From Gemmatimonadota bacterium (GTDB taxonomy: Bacteria > Gemmatimonadota > Gemmatimonadetes > Palauibacterales > Palauibacteraceae): 62,592 nucleotides of DNA. Each line of letters starts with the position of its first letter. Positions within the stretch are counted from its first letter, which is position 1. Below the pieces are notes generated by a model, which was not told the origin of the DNA, searched no databases, and saw only the letters and a program-made list of their open reading frames with translations. The position numbers and the translations under genes are program-made. The DNA is taken from NCBI GenBank assembly GCA_039587445.1, contig JBDHIM010000012.1, positions 1 through 62,592 on the forward strand. Reading direction: 5' to 3'. Positions 8,597 through 17,703 of this stretch are shown here, piece by piece.

Positions 8597-11104
8597 TTGA
8601 CGATCGATAGAATCGGCAGTCGACCGGACACACCGAAGCCGCCCGCCGCGAAGGTCGGGGACGATCACTCGGGCAGCGACGCGCCGAGCCTCGAGGCGCT
8701 ACCTCTTCCGTTGGTCATTCTGGCATCCGATGGAACCATCGAGCATGCCAACGGGGCAGCGAAGGCAGCGCTCGGAACGCCCTTACGGGAGCTGGAGGGC
8801 CATCCCTTCCGTGAGCTGATCGGCCGCTGCTGGCGGCCGGTCTTCCAGGCGGCGCTCTCCAACGTCAACGGGTCCGAGCGGGACGATGCCTCGGCCTCCG
8901 TCACGGTTTTGGACCTTCCTCTGCAGACGGAGTCTGGCGAGGTAAGATTCGGGATCTCGATCGCCTCTCACTCCACCGGAGATGAGGGGCGTATCCACCT
9001 TCTGCTTCACCCTTCATCCCCGAACCCGGGAAACGGCGGGAGTACGCCTCACGAGGCTGCGCTCGACGCCTCGGAGGATGCGATCCTCTGCACCGACCTG
9101 GACGGGAGGATCCTCTACTGCAACGGGCGCTTCCTGGAGATGTGGAAGATCCCGCGATCCGCTCTGAGCGATGGCCTGGAATCGGTGTTGTCGATCGCCA
9201 ATGAGCAGCTCGAAGACCCCGAAGCCTTCATGGAGATGACGGACCGAGAGGCGGGCGAGCCGGACCGGGAATCGAGAGACCTCCTCCAATTCCGCGACCG
9301 AAAGATCGTCGAGAGGTGCTCGAGGCCGCTGCCGATCGGCGATCACCTCGTCGGGCACGTGATCTCGTTCCGAGATGTCACGCGCCAGCAGCGAGCCCGG
9401 GAGACGATTCGGAGCTCCGAGCGCCGGTATCGTCTGCTCTTCGAGCGTAACGTGGCCGGCGTGTTCCGCGCCTCGCAGGACGGGGCGATCCTGGAGGTGA
9501 ACGACGCCTTCGCGCGCCTCGTCGGATACGAGGCGCCTCTGGAGGTGCAGGGAAAATCCATCACCGACTTTTACGCCTCGCTGCCGGAGCGTCGACGCTT
9601 CGGCGAAGACCTCGAACGAAACCGGGCGATCGCCAATCGGGAGGTTCAGTTCACACGGAAGGACGGCTCCACCATCTGGGTTCTTGAGAACTCGATCCTC
9701 GTCGAAGACCCTGAGCTGATGGAGCCGGTCATCGAGGGAACGATCGTGGACATCACGGCCCGCAAGCGCCTCGAGACGGAACTCGAGCGCATGGCTTACC
9801 ACGATCCGTTGACCGATCTGGCCAACCGGCGGCTCTTGGAAGAGCGGGCCCGGATGTCGCTCGCTTTCGCCGACCGTCACGGCATCCAGGCTGGCCTCGT
9901 CTATCTGGATCTCTCTCGCTTCAAGCGAATCAACGACACCCTGGGACACGAAGCCGGCGATGACGTGCTCGTCGAGGTGGCGAACCGGATTCGTTCCTGC
10001 CTCCGAGGCAGCGACACAGCATCTCGACTCGGTGGAGACGAGTTCGCATGCCTGCTGGCGGAGGTGGGCGGAGAGAGAGGTGCGCTCGCGGTCGCTCAAC
10101 GTATCGCCAACAGCCTGAGCGAACCGTTCGAGTTGGCCGACAGAACGCTTCACGTCGACGCACAGATCGGCGTGGCCATGTACCCCGAGCATGCCGCGGA
10201 CTTCGAGAGCCTCCTCGCCGCGGCCGACCGCGCCATGTACCGCACCAAGATCGACGGCAACCCGGCCATCGAGGTCTACTCCGCGACGCTGGACGAGTCG
10301 GTTCCCGATGTGATCGCCGAGGAGGAAGAGCTTCGCGAAGCCCTCGAGAAGGCGCAGCTCAGGCTCCACTACCAGCCCATTTTCAAGCTCGCCGATGGAA
10401 AGCTCGTCGGAGCCGAGGCCCTGGTCCGTTGGGATCACCCGTCACGCGGTCTCCTGGAAGCGAGCGAGTTCATCCGCACCGCCGAGCGAGGCGGCGTCAT
10501 CCGCCAGCTGGACAGATGGGTGGTCGAGGAGGCGCACGCGCAAGCAGTCCGGTGGGAGAAGCGCGAGCTTCCAGAATGGATCTCGGTCAACCAGTCGATC
10601 CAGACTCTTCGAGACCCGGAGGCGACGAGGTTCGTGCAGCAGCTGCTGGATCAGGGCCCGGTGCCACCGGGCCGTCTCGTTCTCGTTCTCGAGGTCAATG
10701 AAGGATTTGCCGTCAACAGCCCCGAGGCCGTCACGGCGCGGCTGGACAAGTTGAGGGAGATGGGAATCCGGATCGCCCTCGACAATTTCGGCACGGGTCA
10801 GGCGACGCTCGCCAACATCAAGCACTTCCCGGCCGACATCATCAAGCTCGATGGCTTCTTCGTGCGCGATCTGGGGACCAACTACGACAGCCGCAATCTC
10901 GCGCAAGCGATCATCCAGATGGGCCAGGCGCTAGGTGTGGCGATCATCGCCGAAAAGGTCGAAACGGAGGCCCAGTGTGAGTGGTTGAAGTCAGCGGGGT
11001 GTGACTACGTCCAGGGATACTACACCGGGCGACCCGTGCCGGCCGATGAGTTCATGGAGAGCGTCCGGGAGCGAACCGCCATCCCGAGGAATGCCTCTCC
11101 CTGA
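8597..11104 (+). CDS. PAS-PAS-PAS-GGDEF-EAL diguanylate cyclase/phosphodiesterase
   Basis: Three PAS-like repeats; AYHDPLTDLANR, SRLGGDEF, GAEALVRW, ALDNFGTG, IKLD, AEKVET, QGYY. Start position uncertain. Confidence 0.93.
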   Translation: MTIDRIGSRPDTPKPPAAKVGDDHSGSDAPSLEALPLPLVILASDGTIEHANGAAKAALGTPLRELEGHPFRELIGRCWRPVFQAALSNVNGSERDDASASVTVLDLPLQTESGEVRFGISIASHSTGDEGRIHLLLHPSSPNPGNGGSTPHEAALDASEDAILCTDLDGRILYCNGRFLEMWKIPRSALSDGLESVLSIANEQLEDPEAFMEMTDREAGEPDRESRDLLQFRDRKIVERCSRPLPIGDHLVGHVISFRDVTRQQRARETIRSSERRYRLLFERNVAGVFRASQDGAILEVNDAFARLVGYEAPLEVQGKSITDFYASLPERRRFGEDLERNRAIANREVQFTRKDGSTIWVLENSILVEDPELMEPVIEGTIVDITARKRLETELERMAYHDPLTDLANRRLLEERARMSLAFADRHGIQAGLVYLDLSRFKRINDTLGHEAGDDVLVEVANRIRSCLRGSDTASRLGGDEFACLLAEVGGERGALAVAQRIANSLSEPFELADRTLHVDAQIGVAMYPEHAADFESLLAAADRAMYRTKIDGNPAIEVYSATLDESVPDVIAEEEELREALEKAQLRLHYQPIFKLADGKLVGAEALVRWDHPSRGLLEASEFIRTAERGGVIRQLDRWVVEEAHAQAVRWEKRELPEWISVNQSIQTLRDPEATRFVQQLLDQGPVPPGRLVLVLEVNEGFAVNSPEAVTARLDKLREMGIRIALDNFGTGQATLANIKHFPADIIKLDGFFVRDLGTNYDSRNLAQAIIQMGQALGVAIIAEKVETEAQCEWLKSAGCDYVQGYYTGRPVPADEFMESVRERTAIPRNASP

Positions 11105-11163
11105 GCTAGATTCGAATGCCGAGAGCTCTCTGCCGCGAACGCCTCAGGAGGTCCTGGGGGGGC

Positions 11164-11340
11164 TCAAACGTCCTCTATCGCTGCCTGCACCTTCGCCGCC
11201 ACTTCCGGAGTCACCTCCTCGATCCCGTGAGCCGTGCGGGCGTGCGCGACCACGAGCTCCATCAGCTCCTCTTCGGTCTCGGCCCACGCCGCGTAGTCAC
11301 AGCCGGGAACGACATCGGCACAGCGCATCTGCTTCGCCAT
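11164..11340 (-). CDS. DUF1059-like small metal-binding protein (58 aa)
   Basis: CADVVPGC...AETEEELMELVVAHARTAHG pattern; GGAGG RBS. Confidence 0.85.
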   Translation of the reverse strand: MAKQMRCADVVPGCDYAAWAETEEELMELVVAHARTAHGIEEVTPEVAAKVQAAIEDV

Positions 11341-11460
11341 CAATACCTCCTCCGCGGGTGAGCGCTCGGGCGACTCTCCGGACGTCTTCGCTTCGCGATT
11401 CGCAATATAGGCGGTTCTCCCAAGGCCTGCGCACCAAACCCCGTAAGCGTTACACGTCAA

Positions 11461-11494
11461 GAAAAAGCCCCGGCGCCAGTTGGCGCCGGGGCTT
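11461..11494 (-). terminator. intrinsic terminator of the TPR gene
   Basis: 12-bp GC stem AGCCCCGGCGCC/GGCGCCGGGGCT followed on the minus strand by TTTTCTT. Confidence 0.85.
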
Positions 11495-11565
11495 AAAGCC
11501 AAGAACGGGATCACGAGCATCTCGGAGCCGGAAAGTCTATCTCCGCTCCGGTGATCCCGCTTCGA

Positions 11566-13089
11566 TCAGCTCACGCTGGCCTTGGCCATGGCATCCTGCC
11601 GCACGAGAGCGAAGCCGACCGAGTTGAAGTTGAAGTTCGCGACCTCGGTGAACAGGCGCTTCGCCTCCTCGGCGTTGCCCGCGCCCTCCTGGGCCGACGC
11701 GAGCAGATACTTGACGTAGATGCTGCCCGGATTGGCCTGCTCGAGGTGGGTGACCGCCTCAGCGAAACTTCCCTGCTTGAGGGCGATCTCGCCGAGGATC
11801 TGGTGGTACCCCTGGAAGCGGGTCGGACTGCGCACGGGCTCCTGGAGCGCCTTGTGCTCTTCGAGCGTCGCCTTCGCCGCGTCGATCTCCCCCATCCAGG
11901 CGGCCGCCCGGGCCTTCCACCACAGCCGGTTGGCTTCCTGGCCGCGGGTGAAGTCGGCATCGTTGACCAGCTCGATGTTCTGCTGCCGAACGCTCTCCAA
12001 CCCTGCGAGAATCTCCGTCAGCCCCTCGAACATCTCGTGGTGCAGGGCGATGGACGCGGCCTGGCTAAGCGCGAACATCTGGATCGAGATCTTCTGGTCC
12101 TCACGAACGTCGAGCTCGCCGGCTCCCTCGGCGATTGAGACGAGCTCCGCGATCGCCTCGATGGGTGCGCCGGCGTGGAGAGGCACGAACGCGCGGTAGA
12201 CGGCGTAGGTGCCCTGGTTGAACGTGCTGGCGTTTTCGATCCCGATGTCGTAATCGGCGCGCGCTTCGTCGAAGTTTCCGAGGAAGGAGTTGATGTGGCC
12301 CTTCTTCAGAGCAGCCACGCCGAGCCCCGGATCCTTCTCCAGAGCGCTCGAATACGAGGCCCTGGCGGTCTCAAGCTCGCCCATCGCTCGATAGGTGTCC
12401 CCAAGGAACTCGTACCCCTTCGCCTCCTCGGGCATCAGCGCCACGCAGTGCTCGAAATGCTCCTTCGCCTTGGCGAAGTCCCGCGGCTCCTGGAACAGGT
12501 AATCGAAGCCGATGGCGGAGTGGGCAGCGTACATGTTGGGGTCAAGCTCGAGCGCCTTCATGAAGGCCTCGCGTGCCGCCGCGTTCTCCTGACGGCCGGC
12601 CAGCACGCCGCCCAGGTTCACCCACGCTCGCGGGCTGGCCGGATACGTCTCTGCGAGCGTCTTGGAGATCTCGAGGGCCTTGTCGTTATCCGCGTCCGTG
12701 AACGCGCCGCCGATCTCGATGAGCATCCGCTCGCCGTCGCTCGCATGGGCGACGTGTTCCATCGCCTTCTCGACGTTGCTGTTGAACTCATCGGCCGTCG
12801 CGCCCGTGAACGCGATGTTCAGCCAGGCGTACGCGAACGTCGGGTCCTTCTCGACGGCGGCACGGAAGAGCTCGTTGGCCTCCTGGGGACGTGCCACGTC
12901 CGACAGCTCCTGGCCGGCCAGAAAATCTACCCTGGCCGCCTCGTTGGCGGTCGTGATCGGAATCTCGGTAATCTCGGCGGACGCGAGAGCTTGCTGCTCC
13001 CCGCTGTCGGCCGCGTCGGGCTGCTGCGCGCAGGCGCCCGCAATCGCGAGAACGCCGGCGAGCAGGACAAACTTGCTAGGGGACTGCAT
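11566..13089 (-). CDS. TPR-repeat lipoprotein
   Basis: Lipobox LAIAGAC; multiple TPR helices (A..LF..A...DP.FA.A); AGGAGG RBS before ATG 13089. Confidence 0.85.
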   Translation of the reverse strand: MQSPSKFVLLAGVLAIAGACAQQPDAADSGEQQALASAEITEIPITTANEAARVDFLAGQELSDVARPQEANELFRAAVEKDPTFAYAWLNIAFTGATADEFNSNVEKAMEHVAHASDGERMLIEIGGAFTDADNDKALEISKTLAETYPASPRAWVNLGGVLAGRQENAAAREAFMKALELDPNMYAAHSAIGFDYLFQEPRDFAKAKEHFEHCVALMPEEAKGYEFLGDTYRAMGELETARASYSSALEKDPGLGVAALKKGHINSFLGNFDEARADYDIGIENASTFNQGTYAVYRAFVPLHAGAPIEAIAELVSIAEGAGELDVREDQKISIQMFALSQAASIALHHEMFEGLTEILAGLESVRQQNIELVNDADFTRGQEANRLWWKARAAAWMGEIDAAKATLEEHKALQEPVRSPTRFQGYHQILGEIALKQGSFAEAVTHLEQANPGSIYVKYLLASAQEGAGNAEEAKRLFTEVANFNFNSVGFALVRQDAMAKASVS

Positions 13090-13271
13090 GTGATTTCCTC
13101 CTGTTGGGGCTCGATCAACGAGGGGTGCTAAAATACCAACATCTCGGTCGGGGCGCACCACGACACGACTGGAAACCGCCGGTAGGCAGAGCGCGTCAAG
13201 GGCGATCTCTGAAGCGAAGTTAAGGCTTTCTTTGAAGTTACGACTCCATCTGAGGCGGCAGACCTCAGTGT

Positions 13272-13300
13272 GGAACGCTCCACGCTAACGGGAGCGTTCC
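13272..13300. terminator. 10-bp perfect hairpin downstream of the S46 peptidase
   Basis: GGAACGCTCC-N9-GGAGCGTTCC; no U tract. Confidence 0.4.
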
Positions 13301-13322
13301 GGACCGTCAATCCCCGAAGGCC

Positions 13323-15536
13323 TCAGTTGCCGGCCGCCGCGCCGGTCCGGGCCCCCGCCCGTAGCTCCTCCACGAGCCGGTCGGCCCCGTAGATCACGCG
13401 CAGCGCTTCGAGAATGCCGCGCGAATCGACGGCCACCGTCCGGGCGCTCTCGGTGAGGAAGATATACTCGCCGGAAAGGCTCTCGATGTTCCCATCGAAG
13501 GCCAGCCCCACGACCTCCAGGTTCTTGTTCAGCACCGGCGAACCGGAGTTCCCCCCGATGATGTCCGCGGTGCTCACGAAGTTCAGCGGCGTCGAGAGGT
13601 CGAAGGACTCCGGTGGATCGATCCAACGCTCGGGCAGGTCCCACTCGCCCTCACCCCCACCCTTGCCGTACGAGTAGTAGTGGTCATAGAGGCCGAAGAA
13701 GGTGGTGTACACCGGAGCGACCGTCCCGTTGTACTCGTAGGGCGCGACGACACCATCCGCGATCCGGAGCGAGAAGGTGGCGTCCGGAGGAACGTCGCTG
13801 CCGTAGACCGCGAACCGTGCCCGTCCCAGAGCTACCGTGATCTCCTCCTCCTCCGGCGACAGCTCGGAGAGGCGCTGCTGGAACGGCGCGAACTCGCCGA
13901 GCATGCCCGCGAACATCTGGATCGCGGGATCGCTCATGGTGAGCGTACCGGCCTCGACGGCCTCGGCCGTCCGTGCCGAGTCCGCCAGCACCGAGCCATT
14001 CACGATGACCGCGGCCGCGCCCTCCGGCGTCCGGCCACCCAGGAGGCGCTCGACCATCTCATTGGACTCGCCGTAGCTGGCGATGAGATCGTTCAGACGC
14101 GCCTCGATCAGAATCTCCTGAAGCGCGTCCGGCTGTTGGGGGACACCCAGCAGCTCGGACCTGAACTCCTCGACCTGATCCGGAGAGGCCTCTCTCTGCT
14201 GCGCGATCAGGTACTGGAACGCCCAGATGGCGCGCACGAGCGGGGCGGAGCCGTACTCGGGCGATTCAAGGCCCAGGAAGGCGCCGTAGCCGGACGCGAT
14301 CGCCCGCTTGTCAGCCTGGATCTCCGCCATCCGCGCGGCCATATCGCCGTATTCGACCGCCAGCGTCGGCTCGGCTTCCAGCGTCGTCTGGAAGTTGCTC
14401 TCGGCGTCACGTCTCTTCGCCAGGATCACGGGATCGTAGAGGCCGGAGATGATCCCCGTGTAGGCTTTCTGCGAGTTGAGCAGGCTGAAGATGTCGTTAC
14501 GGATGTCGAGGACTTCCGCCGTCTCGGGATCCATCTCGTAGTACTCCTGCAGCGCCTCGACGCGGCGATTGATGAACTCGAGCACCGCCCGATCGGAGAC
14601 GTCGCGCCGAAACTCGAGCTCGGCGACGGTCTGTATGCGGCTCGTAGAGCCGGGATTCCCCACGACGAAGATGAGGTCGCCCTCGCTCGCGCCATCCTCG
14701 CTCCACGGGAAGAAGGCGTCGCTCGTATCCAGCGGCTTCCCATCTTCGTAGACACGGAAAAAGCTGAAGTCGAGCGAATAGCGCGGGTAGGTGAAGTTGT
14801 CCGGATCTCCGCCGAAGTGGCCCATCTGGAGCTCGGGAGCCATGACGAGGCGGACGTCCGTGTAGCGTCGGAAGATGTAGGCCGAGTACCGGCCGCCATT
14901 GTAGAGGGAGATCATCTCGACGACGTGGCCGCCCTCCTCACCCCCGAACTCTTCCAGGATCCTGGCCTCGACTTCCTCGACCTTGGCCTCCCGCGCCGCC
15001 GCTCGCTCCGCGTCGGACTCGATGCCTCCCATCGCGCCATGGATCTCATCCGTGACGTCGCGGATCGCGACCAGCCGATCGGCCTCGAACCCCTCCACCG
15101 GCCGCTCATCCTCCGGCGTCTTCGCGAGGAAGCCGTCGTCGAGCAGCGTCTCCCCTTCCCGCTTGACCGCCGAGACGTGCTCTCGAGCGCAGTGGTGATT
15201 GGTCGCCACGAGTCCCTCGGGGGAGACAAAGGACGCGGAGCAACTCGGTATCCGCAGCGCACCCAGCCTCGCCCGCCGGAACCAGGCGGAGTCTGGCGCG
15301 AAGTCGTAGGCCTCGCTCAGATAGGACGCGGGCGGGTATTCGAAGGTCCACATCCGGCCGTTGTCGAAGCGGCCGGCACGGACGGTATCCATGTCGATCC
15401 CGAACGGGGAAACCTCCTGTCCCGCCGCCGTGTCGGCAGCCGACACTGCCAGCGCGAGGCAGACCATCACGGCCCGGGCGGCCGTCGCGGTGAATTCGCG
15501 TGTCCATCGCACGACCTGTCGCTGCGGCTTGCTCAC
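13323..15536 (-). CDS. S46 family dipeptidyl peptidase (DPP7-type)
   Basis: TNHHC, GNPGST, DATFSLR and DIIGGNSGSP catalytic motifs; FDGN gives the Gly S1 residue of DPP7. GTG 15536 has an AGGAG RBS and signal peptide. Confidence 0.92.
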   Translation of the reverse strand: MSKPQRQVVRWTREFTATAARAVMVCLALAVSAADTAAGQEVSPFGIDMDTVRAGRFDNGRMWTFEYPPASYLSEAYDFAPDSAWFRRARLGALRIPSCSASFVSPEGLVATNHHCAREHVSAVKREGETLLDDGFLAKTPEDERPVEGFEADRLVAIRDVTDEIHGAMGGIESDAERAAAREAKVEEVEARILEEFGGEEGGHVVEMISLYNGGRYSAYIFRRYTDVRLVMAPELQMGHFGGDPDNFTYPRYSLDFSFFRVYEDGKPLDTSDAFFPWSEDGASEGDLIFVVGNPGSTSRIQTVAELEFRRDVSDRAVLEFINRRVEALQEYYEMDPETAEVLDIRNDIFSLLNSQKAYTGIISGLYDPVILAKRRDAESNFQTTLEAEPTLAVEYGDMAARMAEIQADKRAIASGYGAFLGLESPEYGSAPLVRAIWAFQYLIAQQREASPDQVEEFRSELLGVPQQPDALQEILIEARLNDLIASYGESNEMVERLLGGRTPEGAAAVIVNGSVLADSARTAEAVEAGTLTMSDPAIQMFAGMLGEFAPFQQRLSELSPEEEEITVALGRARFAVYGSDVPPDATFSLRIADGVVAPYEYNGTVAPVYTTFFGLYDHYYSYGKGGGEGEWDLPERWIDPPESFDLSTPLNFVSTADIIGGNSGSPVLNKNLEVVGLAFDGNIESLSGEYIFLTESARTVAVDSRGILEALRVIYGADRLVEELRAGARTGAAAGN

Positions 15537-15752
15537 GTCCTCTTCTCCTTCTGCCGCCGGCGCATCGTCGCCAGGCGGGCACCTGATCTCTTCGGAAGTC
15601 TGGAGCCGCCGGGACGGCTCCGCGCCACGCGCGCACAAACTGCTGCTCGAGGGCTCCTCGGAAAAGGCCAGATCCCGGCGCCGCGAGAATTGCGCAACCC
15701 GTTCGGTCGCCCCAATCTGAGGGGTCGGAAGGCCTTTCTCCGGAGAGACGAT

Positions 15753-16079
15753 ATGGCGTTCACGTACGAAGAACTGCACGGAAAGACGGTCGTTCAGCTC
15801 AGGGACATCGCCGAGAACCTCGGAGATCACCCGGCGCTTCATGGCTTCAGCACGATGCACAAGGAGGAGCTTCTCCCGGCTCTTTGCGGCGTTCTGGAGA
15901 TCGAGGCGCACGTCCACCACGAGATCGTCGGGATCGACAAGAAGAAGATCAAGGCCGAGATCACGCAGCTGAAGGCGGAGAGAGACTCGGCCCTGTCGTC
16001 CGGCGACCGCGTCGCCTACAAGAAAGCGCTGCGGGGCATCCACCACCGAAAAGGCGAGCTGCGGCGCCACACGATCTGA
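15753..16079 (+). CDS. small protein with Rho-N-like helix-extended-helix domain (108 aa)
   Basis: YEELHGKTVVQLRDIA...GFSTMHKEELLPAL resembles a Rho N-terminal domain; basic C-terminal helices; GGAGA RBS. Confidence 0.75.
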   Translation: MAFTYEELHGKTVVQLRDIAENLGDHPALHGFSTMHKEELLPALCGVLEIEAHVHHEIVGIDKKKIKAEITQLKAERDSALSSGDRVAYKKALRGIHHRKGELRRHTI

Positions 16080-16120
16080 GCGTCCGGGCCGTTCTGCGAG
16101 CCCCCTCCAGGTACGCGGGC

Positions 16121-17197
16121 TCACGACAGCTCATGCTCCACCTGCTCGAGACCGGCGGTGATGAACGACCACTGGAGCCTCATCTGATCCGGGACCGGCA
16201 TCGGTCGCAGGCCCGCTTTGGCGGCCTCGGCTTCCACCGCCAACGCCTCGGCGTCGTGCGCGCGCTCCTCGTCCCCCACCGCTTCAGACCTCAATCGCTC
16301 GCGCCATATCTCGAGCCGCTCGCGCCACACTACCGCCGCCGGGTCCGGGGGGCCGAGGTCCTCGCCGACACCGGGGGTGATGAACAGCGGCATCTCGCTC
16401 ACCAGCGTCAGAGGGTCGCCGCCCAGTGCTCGTACGGCCTCCATGGAGCTGGGCCGGAAGCGGCCCGCCGTCGCCTCGTCGCCCAGACCCAGGAAGTGCT
16501 TCCTCATGTACCGGGAATCCGGCCGGGTGCAAAAGCCGCGGGCGATCCGAACGAAGCCCTTCTCTCCGCCACGCTCCACATCGTGCAACGCGTAGCCCCG
16601 ACGCTCCGTAGCCTCGGCGCACTTGGCCATCAGGTCCCCGCATCGCTCGCTCCATGCCGGCTCGATCAGGAACCAGGGGCCCGCCCCGAAACCCATGCCG
16701 TGCAACGAGGTGTGCATCGCGAAAGGTCCGTGCGCACTCTTCCACCAGCGTAGTGCGGCCCGGTTCTCGGGCCGAGCCTCGGGATCTCCCCCCTCCCTCG
16801 GAAAGCCGAACTCGATGTCGTCGCCCGGCAGCTCGCGAACCACGCCGGCCAGGTAGGCGGGGAGGTCGTAGAGGTCGGCGCCGTCGCGCTGCCAGGAGAG
16901 GTTGCGCCGAGCCCCGTCCGGATTGATGTGCGGCATCACCCACCACTCGTACTCGGTCAGGAGCGGATCGTCGGCCGGAAGCCGGCCCAGAAAGCCGACC
17001 AGGCGGCGCAGGAGCCGAGGGCCGACGGGCTCGTCCGCGTGACAGCCGGCGAGGAGGCTCAGCCGCAGCACACCGCTCCCGAACTTGAACGCGCGAATCG
17101 GCCGACCCTCGCGGGACCGGCCGATCTCTTCGCCTTCCGAACTTCGCGCGGGCGGCGCAGCGAGGATGGCTTCCGCCGGCGGCAGCCGCGGGATCAG
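16121..17197 (-). CDS. M14 family zinc carboxypeptidase-like protein
   Basis: IGRSREGRPI, AGCHADEP (HxxE), PHINPDG and HTSLHG motifs. Homology extends upstream of the first GTG (17071); CTG 17197 is proposed as the start. Confidence 0.85.
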   Translation of the reverse strand: MIPRLPPAEAILAAPPARSSEGEEIGRSREGRPIRAFKFGSGVLRLSLLAGCHADEPVGPRLLRRLVGFLGRLPADDPLLTEYEWWVMPHINPDGARRNLSWQRDGADLYDLPAYLAGVVRELPGDDIEFGFPREGGDPEARPENRAALRWWKSAHGPFAMHTSLHGMGFGAGPWFLIEPAWSERCGDLMAKCAEATERRGYALHDVERGGEKGFVRIARGFCTRPDSRYMRKHFLGLGDEATAGRFRPSSMEAVRALGGDPLTLVSEMPLFITPGVGEDLGPPDPAAVVWRERLEIWRERLRSEAVGDEERAHDAEALAVEAEAAKAGLRPMPVPDQMRLQWSFITAGLEQVEHELS

Positions 17198-17529
17198 GAG
17201 CAGGTGGTGACGAAGGTGGTGATGTTGACCTCTCCCTCCCTGACGTTCACCGTGCGGGGATTGTCCGCGGTCGTGCAGTTCGTTCCGGGAACGTCGAGGC
17301 TTACCTCCCGATCGCCTACGGGCAGCGGCTGCGTGGTCTCCAGTCCGTCCTCCGTGTTGATCTGGACCGGAGCCAGCCCCTCGATTGTGAGCGTCGAGAA
17401 CTCCGGGATGTTCGCCCCGGTAGCCTCGCTCTCGACGACCAGCGTGCCCAGTTGAACGCCGTTGGGATCGGAGCTACAACCCGCCGGAATGGCCAGACCC
17501 AGCGCAAACACGACAAATTTCGCTTTCAT
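17194..17529 (-). CDS. small beta-rich (Ig/PEGA-like) lipoprotein
   Basis: Lipobox IPAGC; alternating beta pattern; Cys pair (NCT...TCS). Confidence 0.75.
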   Translation of the reverse strand: MKAKFVVFALGLAIPAGCSSDPNGVQLGTLVVESEATGANIPEFSTLTIEGLAPVQINTEDGLETTQPLPVGDREVSLDVPGTNCTTADNPRTVNVREGEVNITTFVTTCS

Positions 17530-17703
17530 GCTCTTTAGACTCTCAGGCTGCGGTTTCGATACTCGACAGGAACGGTTGGCCCGCGCGGATCCATGCACTC
17601 GCGGAGCTTCGACACTATACCCTCGGTCTGCCACAGGGTTCGCGAAATCATGGCTGATCCACATCGGGCTAGCCACCCGAAATCGGGCCAGCCAACAGCG
17701 TCT

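Noticed and set aside
9014-10438. Long antisense or alternative-frame ORFs (also 5676-6875, 13680-15752, 29073-29873, 50043-51686, 51725-53224, 55988-57091, 58827-60095)
   Set aside because: They are shadows of well-supported genes in high-GC DNA, with Arg/Gly/Pro-rich composition and no motifs.
15537-16124. N-terminal 196-aa extension of the S46 peptidase ORF
   Set aside because: It overlaps a credible plus-strand gene (15753-16079); GTG 15536 has an RBS and a signal peptide.
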